64,000 nucleotides of DNA from Eledone cirrhosa (taxonomy: Eukaryota), in contig OZ024743.1 of assembly GCA_964016885.1 (NCBI GenBank), positions 3,534,001 through 3,598,000 on the forward strand, in the 5' to 3' direction. The notes under the pieces were generated by a model, which was not told where the DNA came from, searched no databases, and saw only the letters and a program-made list of their open reading frames with translations. A program made the position numbers and the translations under genes. Position 1 is the first letter of the stretch. Every line of letters starts with the position of its first letter. Below are positions 55,735 through 64,000 of this stretch, in pieces.

Positions 55735-56249
55735 TATATAGGTTTGATGGCGCGTGCTGCGTAGGTGGAATGAAAATCAGTGCTGCGAAAACTGAGACAC
55801 TCGTCTTCTCAAGGCTGCCTGCGCGGTGCACTCTACAAGTGAATGGAGTTTCACTGAAGCAGGGGGGGGGGGGGGTTAAGTATCTCGGGGTCGTGTTTAA
55901 GAGTGATGGAAGGTAGTAGGCTAAATGAAGTGCAAAGATTGCAGGAGCTGGTGCAGTAATGCAGTAAAAGGATGTGCGTATACCCTTGAAAAATCTTGCC
56001 ACATATCTGCCCCAAATCGCTAGCCATTGCAGTCGGATTTATATTGTCCTTTATACCTACTTTGCTTCTTCCCATGCATAGAGTACTACCATGATTTGTG
56101 GACCCCTCGGTCTCGGCACCACAGACTTTTCTTCACCCTCCCCTCTGTCTATCTGTCTCTGTCTCTGTCTCTCTCTTTCTATATATATATATATAAGATA
56201 CATACTTACACACACACACGTACACACACACGTACACACACACACACAA

Positions 56250-56284
<35 letters not shown>

Positions 56285-57600
56285 CACGGAGTGGGAGACC
56301 GGACATACCTTTAAGCGGATTTACTTGCTTTTATTAACTAGGCAGTAAAAAACAATAAGTTTGAGAGGATAAATTTGAGCTGATCCACTTTGGAAAAGAG
56401 GATGCATATAAGTTACCATATTCTCCTCCTTCATCGTAGCATTCAACAACAGGAGAGACGTGGGGGATAATTATCGATAACAACTTCAGCTGGAGTATCA
56501 AGATAAACAACAAAGTTGACATGGCCCACAGGATGTTTTTCTGTATTCCTAGACGCTTCCGGCTAAGAGATATTTATATCATTATCCTTATCTTTTCTAT
56601 CTTTGCAGGGATCCACCTTAAATAATTTTGCACGCTGTGGTCTCTCCATACGAAACAATCTCTTATAAAAATTGAAGCAAACCAGTGCAGCACTCAGCAG
56701 CAAACTTATCAAGTGCATGTCGGAGATCACATTCTAACGAGTTAAGTAGTATCATGTCGTCCGCAAATTGCAGCCGACTGGTCCTACACCCACCAGTCTT
56801 GATACCAGTTCCAACCCGCGGCGCATGTCAATCCTGTCTATGAAGATTAAGAACAGGAGAGGTGGCAGTGCACTCTACATGTAAATGAAGTTGCACTGAA
56901 GCAGGTGGAGAAGTTCAAGTATCTCGGGGCCATGAGTGATGGAAGGCAGGAGGCTGAATTAAGTGCAACAATTGCTGGAGATGGTGCAGTAATGCTCCAG
57001 CTTCAGCATTCAGTAATCAGAAAAAGGAAGGTAGGTGCAAAAGCCAAACTCGCTGTCTTCAATTCGGTTTTCGTGCCAACCCTTACTTATAGTCATGACC
57101 GAAAGAATATGCTCGCACATATAAGCGGCCGAAATGGGATTCCTCCGAAGGGTCTTTTGAGTAACGTTACTCGATAAAGTGCGTAGCTCGAAGATCAGAG
57201 TCACTCCAGGTAGAGCTGCTACTTCTCCGAATTGAGAGATCACAGCTCTGATACTTTGGACATGTGGTTAGAATGTCCCAAAAAGGAATCGCTGGACGGA
57301 TTTTACGGGCAAAACCAGCCAGCAAGAGACCCAGAGGTAGACCCAGAGCAAGATAGTTGGATAACACCCATGAGCTTGGCTGGTCACGCTTAGGGATCCA
57401 GCTGGATCAGTTGGAGACGGTTGCTTCTGACAGGACCCACTGGAAGGAGTGTTTAAGGACTCTGACCCCCCGACCCTCTGAGGAATCAAGACGGTTGTTT
57501 CTGACGGCTGCTTGAGGACTCAAGATCCTCCCAGATCCTCCCAGAATAAGTGGACGAAGATCCTCCCAGGAATAAGTAGACGAAGAAGAAGAAACAACCC
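55735..57600 (+). mobile_element. Cluster of degenerate RTE (55735-55980, 56720-57600) and CR1 (56355-56690) fragments
   Basis: MKISAAKTE, VEKFKYLG, VFVPTLTY, FGHVVRM..RPRGRPR; FELIHFG..GIIIDNNFSW. Confidence 0.65.
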
Positions 57601-58066
57601 AGTTTTCAATTACAAAAAAAACATAGATGGATTGACAGGGCTTGACTAATGGGACCACATAAACATCAAGCTCGTGCAAATTTACCTCAACATACACAAA
57701 TACAAATACACCATATATGCTGATAATAAATAGATATATAAACAAATACACGCGCACGCATGCCACAAACATACGCCGCATATACACAGCAGAAAGACAA
57801 TTTGGAGTAAATAAAACAAAATCAGAATTCAGAAGAGTAAGAATAATCGTTGAGAATGTCACAGAATGTGTGACGAAATAGCTTTGGCAATTAAATGAAA
57901 AGATTAAATAATGACCCGTTTCTTAAACTAACCGAGGAATGAATTAGTTATCCGACGAATAACAAATCACAATTGGTGCCTGTATTTTTCTTGGCAACAT
58001 AACCCCAACCTTCCGAGTCAAACATCATAACCACTAAGCTATTGCTTTTACACACACACACACCCA

Positions 58067-58140
<74 letters not shown>

Positions 58141-58312
58141 CATATATTTAATCGACTTTCCTCCCCCACAAATTACTAGCCCCCTGCCTATATTAGAAAT
58201 CATAGAAATCAACACGCACACACACCCACCCATACACACGCGCACACATACACACACATACACACACACACATATATATATTTATATACACATACACACA
58301 CACATACACCCT

Positions 58313-58350
<38 letters not shown>

Positions 58351-59389
58351 TTTATTTAGGTAGGTAGACAGATAAAAATAGAGACAAATTATTTACAATG
58401 TGTATAAAATATTCAGTATGGTCAAGAAAAGTAATTACACCAAACAAGAACCTCTCTCCGAATATGATCAATAACAATTTCAAATTTTATTTTCGGACGA
58501 ATATATTATATGTAGATATCTAAAAATAAATGAAGCTTGGGTTGACTTGGATTTCTTAGGAAAAGAAAGTGGACACACTAAGAAACGTTAAAGAGAAATG
58601 ATTGCTAGACATGAATTCTGAAATGAAGAAAAAAAAAGAGATAAATACAAAAACAATATCTAACAACAAAAGATCTCTTATCAGGCCGCTGTCATCATGA
58701 TATTTAGTGGCCAATGTCCGGATATTTGTTAAGACTGGACCACCGGCAAAAGGAGAACAACAACATATTCTTTTTCTTTCTATTATAAGATATCTAAGGA
58801 AGCGGTCACGGGAGAAATTGTATTGAATGCAAAAAAAAAAAAAAAAGGGATGAAAACCCAAGTGGACCCGGATTGGTAAAGCCTTATGTTCTGATCAAAG
58901 GTGTTCAAGCCGTGGATGTATCTTCAGGAAAATATACTAACGATTTCATTCATTACTGAGTGCGGTGGCCATTATTTTCTCAATAGAAAAAATTTCAGAT
59001 AGACAGCACAGAAAGAAGATTTCTTTACTGAAATTCAAACATCATCAACCTGGTAGTCATGTGTATAAGTAACTTTTCCCCACCGCATAAATATTTGGAA
59101 TTTACTTAATTATGTCAACACTAATTTATCCATCTTTGTAGGATGAAAGGAAAAGTGTACCTGGACTGGACTTGAACCCAGAATGTATGGGGATATTTCA
59201 AAATGCAGCAAAGTTAGTCACACCACCGTCTTTACTTATGGAACTAAATATACTACAAACTGGTATACAAAATTTTGAGCATATTATACTACACTACAAA
59301 ACGCTATAAATACTCGACAATACGAAAGATTACCTCATCTTTAATTATGCTAGACTAAAACAAACATTACACCATAGAAAAAAATATAC

Positions 59390-59670
59390 ATAGCCTGGCC
59401 GAATGGTTAAAATGTTCGCTTCAACCCTCGCCTAGTAAGTGAAATTAGGTAGACGGAAACTCTGTGGAAGACTGTATCTGTCATTCCAAAGGTCAGCTTT
59501 GTGACACGCAGTGTCTCTCTGAATATGACTGAAAATTACATCAAAGGCACGTGTCTCCGGAATGCTCAGCCATTTACAGGTTAATGTCATGAGCAGGCTG
59601 TTCCGTTGATCAAGGAATTGGGACACTTATCATCAAAACCCGACAAAGCGACCTGTGACAGACAGGCTGA
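59390..59670 (+). mobile_element. Degenerate tRNA-derived SINE
   Basis: TGGCCGAATGGTTAA A-box head; 3' part resembles the reverse complement of 38270-38400. Confidence 0.5.
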
Positions 59671-59722
59671 AATATATATCTATGTATATTTATGTATATT
59701 TATGTTATGTGAAATATATATT

Positions 59723-59764
<42 letters not shown>

Positions 59765-59781
59765 TGTTTATATATATATAT

Positions 59782-59942
59782 TTATTAAAATAACAGATTA
59801 AAGTTTAAGCAAAGAATCGGTGCTTTCACCCTTAACGGGATCTTCTGAAACTAACTATATTTGCTCTACGGTTCTTATATATTTGATATATATTTATCCT
59901 ATCGAGCCCTCTTTGGATTTTAGTCTTCAAATTTATTATTAT

Positions 59943-59946
<4 letters not shown>
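59782..59946 (+). mobile_element. Family E element (inverted HHR-like part + 3' end)
   Basis: Matches 46680-46746 and 48843-48932. Confidence 0.72.
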
Positions 59947-60000
<54 letters not shown>

Positions 60001-60002
<2 letters not shown>

Positions 60003-61955
60003 TAGCATTAAAACCCAGCGTTGCTCGGGGCCATTAAGTTACCAAAGTTAGGTTGCACCACCCATTTTATGGCAGCACTTTTTTGTCTGCCAGGCACTGG
60101 GTGAATGAATTGCAGACCTGGAAGCAGGAGCTGCGCCAGCAGTGACAATTGTAGTTTCGCCTATGGATATTATCTCTGTGCAAAAAAGTGTTGAAATTTA
60201 TTGTTTCACAGTACTTGCGCAACACGCACGTAGACGATGCCAGCCGAACAACAGAGCTGCGATGGAGTTGTTCTGCATGGTTGTCTGTGTGTTTTCTAAA
60301 TTTAAGACAGTAGGGAGGGTTGTGATATGAGGGAGAGTTAGCTGTTGTTTCTAGCAGGTTTAGTGACCTCATAGAGGATATGTATTTTCTAAATTTAAGA
60401 CAGTAGGGAGTGGTGTGATATGGGGGAGAGTTAGCTGCTGTTTCTAGCAGGTTTAGTAACCTCATAGAGGATATGTGTTTTCTAAATTTAAGACAGTAGG
60501 GAGTGGTGTGATATGGGGGAGAGTTAGCTGCTGTTTCTAGCAGGTTTAGTGACCTCATAGAAGATATGTTTTCTAAATTTAAGACATTAGGGAGGGGTGT
60601 GATATGGGGGAGAGTTAGCTGCTGTTTCTAGCAGGTTTAGTGACCTCATAGAGGATATTATTGTTTATCATTGTCTATAAAAGGCAGATTGTTGTTGTTG
60701 TTGTTGAAGTGAGTGTGTGTTTGTATGCGTTTGGAAAAGAGGTTTTAAAAAAGATTTATCGCTTGTTGTTGAATAAATGTATCTGTATACAAGAGAAAGT
60801 AGCAAAATGTGTGGGTTGTAGTTAGAAGAAAGCAGATGATATGAGAGAGTAAAAACGGACAGTATCACCATCAAGCTTGGAAAGAGAAAGTAGCAGCAAG
60901 TATGAAGTTGTATAGATTTTGAATGGTAGTGGAAAGAGTTTAGCAGTTTAAATGACAGAAAAATCGTAAAATATTGAGTTTTATCTATCTTTTGCGTAAT
61001 TGTGGGTGAAATAGAAAAAATTATCTGTGCCAAGACGCAATCGAAGCTATTTCGAATACTGAATTGTAAATTTCAATTGAAGAAATTCTATATCGTAGAT
61101 TTCTATAAGAAAGGAGCATGACCACACACTGAGCTTTATAGATTACTAGCATTAAAGCCAGGCGTTGCTCAGGGTCATTAAGTTACCAAAGTTAGGTTGC
61201 ACCACCCATTTTATGGCAGCACTTTTTTGTCTGCCAGGCACTGGGTGAATGAATTGCAGACCTGGAAGCAGGAGCTGCGCCAGCAGTGACAATTGTAGTT
61301 TCGCCTATGGATATTATCTCTGTGCAAAAATGTGTTGAAATTTATTGTTTCACAGTACTTGCGCAACACGCGCGTAGACGATGCCAGCCGAACAACAGAG
61401 CTGCGATGGAGTTGTTCTGCATGGTTGTCTGTGTGTTTTCTAAATTTAAGACAGTAGGGAGGGTTGTGATATGAGGGAGAGTTAGCTGTTGTTTCTAGCA
61501 GGTTTAGTGACCTCATAGAGGATATGTGTTTTCTAAATTTAAGACAGTAGGGAGTGGTGTGATATGGGGGAGAGTTAGTTGCTGTTTCTAGCAGGTTTAG
61601 TAACCTCATAGAGGATATGTGTTTTCTAAATTTAAGACAGTAGGGAGTGGTGTGAACGGACAGTATCACCATCAAACTTGGAAAGAGAAAGTAGCAGAAA
61701 GTATGAAGTTGTATAGATTTTGAATGGTAATAGAAAAGGTTCAGCAGTTTAAATGAGAGAGAAAAATCGTAAAATATTGAGTTTTATCTATTTTTTACGT
61801 AATTGTGGGTGAAATTGAAAACATTATCTGCGTCAAGACGCAATCGAAGCTATTTCTAATACTGAGTTGTAAATTTCAATTGAAGAAATTCTATATCGTA
61901 GATTTCTATAACGAAGGAGCATGACCACACACTGAGCTTTATAGATTATGATGAT
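60001..61955 (-). mobile_element. Two head-to-tail non-autonomous Helitrons (60001-61145, 61146-61955)
   Basis: Minus-strand 3' hairpin CCCGAGCAACGCTGGG..CTAGT at 60001 and again at 61146; units near-identical apart from internal deletion. Confidence 0.8.
60292..60658. repeat. 93-bp minisatellite inside Helitron (~4 units; ~2.4 units at 61436-61655)
   Basis: TTTTCTAAATTTAAGACA at 60292, 60385, 60478 and 60569. Confidence 0.9.
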
Positions 61956-61969
61956 ATATATATATGTAT

Positions 61970-62043
<74 letters not shown>

Positions 62044-62159
62044 ATACATATATATATATATCATCATAATCTATAAAGCCCAGTGTGTGGTCATGCTCCT
62101 TCGTTATAGAAATCTACGATATAGAATTTCTTCAATTGAAATTTACAACTCAGTATTAG

Positions 62160-62204
<45 letters not shown>

Positions 62205-62205
<1 letters not shown>

Positions 62206-62430
62206 AGGGAGAGGATCAGGAGTGTGTAACACTCCACTTATCCAATAGGCAGTATAAGGTTAGCTCGATGTCTGAGGACAGAGCCGTAATATAATCAACA
62301 ACAAAGAACGCTTAGAGCATAGGTATATCTTTACTTGCTAACAGTGTTTCGTCCACACTATAAGTGGGACTCATCAGAGCATAAAGAGTGATTACATATT
62401 ACACAAGCAATAACAAATCCAAGACATTGA
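62205..62430 (-). mobile_element. Family O pseudo-LTR element with canonical hammerhead (62336-62381)
   Basis: Minus strand TGCT CTGATGA GTCCCAC ttatagt GTGGAC GAAAC ACT GTT AGCA; ends at (TA)n. Confidence 0.82.
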
Positions 62431-62432
62431 AG

Positions 62433-62577
62433 AAATAAAAAATAAAAAATAAAAAATAAAAAATAAAAAATAAAAAATAAAAAATAAAAAATAAAAAATA
62501 AAAAATAAAAAATAAAAAATAAAAAATAAAAAATAAAAAATAAAAAATAAAAAATAAAAAATAAAAAATAAAAAATA
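62433..62577. repeat. (AAAAAAT)n heptanucleotide tandem repeat
   Basis: ~20 units. Confidence 0.9.
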
Positions 62578-63559
62578 TTGAAGAAATAAAAATAAACATT
62601 GAAAAATAAGAGGTGCTATCAGTCACAGTTGGGCAGGGTGCTGTTAACATACAGTTACATACAAGCATACGCATGGATAAGAGATAGAGAACAGATAAGG
62701 AATAGACAAGAATAGATAAGATAGATAGGAGTAGATAAGAATAGATAAAAAATAGGTAAAAAATAGACAAATAATATATATAAAAAATATATATATAAAA
62801 TATACAGATAATAGAGATAAAGGGTAAGGAATAAAATAAAATAAAATTAAAATTATATAAAATAAAATAAAATAAAATACAATTAAATAAAATGAAATAA
62901 AATAAAATAAAATAAAATAAAATAAAGTAAAGTGAGATAAGGTATATATTTTTAGAATATATTTCTTGAATATATCAGGGGCACACGAACGCCTTAAGTG
63001 TTACAGTTAGCTGTATTACAACAATCAAATGCTCAAATGAGATTTATAATCAACAGGTGCTATGTCCACACTCGAATGAGTTGACCATTGCAATGCAATG
63101 GAGACATCCCAGGTTGGGCAGTCACAAAAGTTCACACTCGAAAGTCACGGGTGTGCATTCACACAGTTGAGCGGTGGGGTAATCACAAAAGGTTCACACT
63201 CGGGCAGGAATCCATTGGTCAACAGAGGAATTTAATTGTATTTTATTTTATTTTATTTTATATAATTTTAATTTTATTTTATTTTGTGAAAACCACCCTG
63301 ATCATTGGCTAACTTGGACTCGACAATCACCCTACATCTCTTTGCCAGAAACTTAACATAGTCTTTACCGGGGAGGCTTAACAAGGAGACAATCATTCTT
63401 GTCTCCCTTTATGAAAATTGGGGTTATCGCTCCTGGTTGCCATTACTTAAGTACCTTTCCAGAGATCCAGGCCACCCGGCACACACGAATCAGCCAGAAA
63501 ATACCATCTCTATTTAAGGCTTTTAACATCTCGGTCCGGACTTCATCTTCCCTATTCTC

Positions 63560-63790
63560 ACTGCTTCACTGTATACCTAAATATGGTATGTTACGCGATG
63601 CCCCCCTCCAGCCCCGGTGGACAGGATGGAGAAGGCGGCGTTCCCTCGAAGGACGGCAAGGGAGACGCGCTGGAAAAGCCACTCCAACTCGCGGGGTTCA
63701 CACCTGCGGCTGGCCAGCTCAGCGCCTATGGTGGTAAGTAGGGAGGTAGCCCTAGGGCCGAGGACACCAGAAATCTCCACTGAGAGCGAC
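63560..63790 (-). mobile_element. CRE-like RLE retrotransposon 3' fragment
   Basis: VEISGVLGPRA..EPRELEWLFQRVSLAVLRGNAAFSIL. Confidence 0.75.
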
Positions 63791-64000
63791 AGGTATTTGA
63801 GGAGCTATTCTCACTTATTTCACTTATTCCACACCTCCATATGTCAGTCGTACTTCTCCGCTACAGCTTTTCGAAGCCACAGGGACACTATCATAGCACT
63901 AAGATCACATTTCAGATACTGACATTTATTTTTATGACTTAGTATTTATATATGTCTAAGCAGTGTCTCTACTAGTTGTTATATTAAATATAAATTGCTC

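Noticed and set aside
60067-61675. ORFs with a 31-aa repeat; CRISPR-like periodicity
   Set aside because: A 93-bp minisatellite inside a Helitron; units are contiguous with no unique spacers, and no cas genes are present.

Overview
AT-rich, microsatellite-dense eukaryotic DNA made almost entirely of transposable-element debris. The SINE, LINE and microsatellite content suggests an invertebrate, probably a cephalopod such as octopus (inference, not verified). No convincing host exon was found, and most track ORFs are microsatellite artefacts. Recognisable elements: two Tx1/L1-type LINEs (one near full length), Penelope-like element (PLE) RT/GIY-YIG remnants, RTE/CR1/CRE/R4-type LINE fragments, a mariner, non-autonomous Helitrons, hAT/piggyBac/P-type MITEs and tRNA-derived SINEs. 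The main unexplained signal is about 28 hand-identified type I hammerhead ribozyme (HHR) motifs from about 12 unrelated-looking short non-coding element families. These sit in (TA)n tracts, usually as fold-back inverted repeats, and share short downstream motifs. One family has a ~530-nt head-to-tail non-coding unit with one HHR per unit, a candidate non-LTR retrozyme that could yield circular RNA. All structures were folded by eye and coordinates may be off by a few bases.
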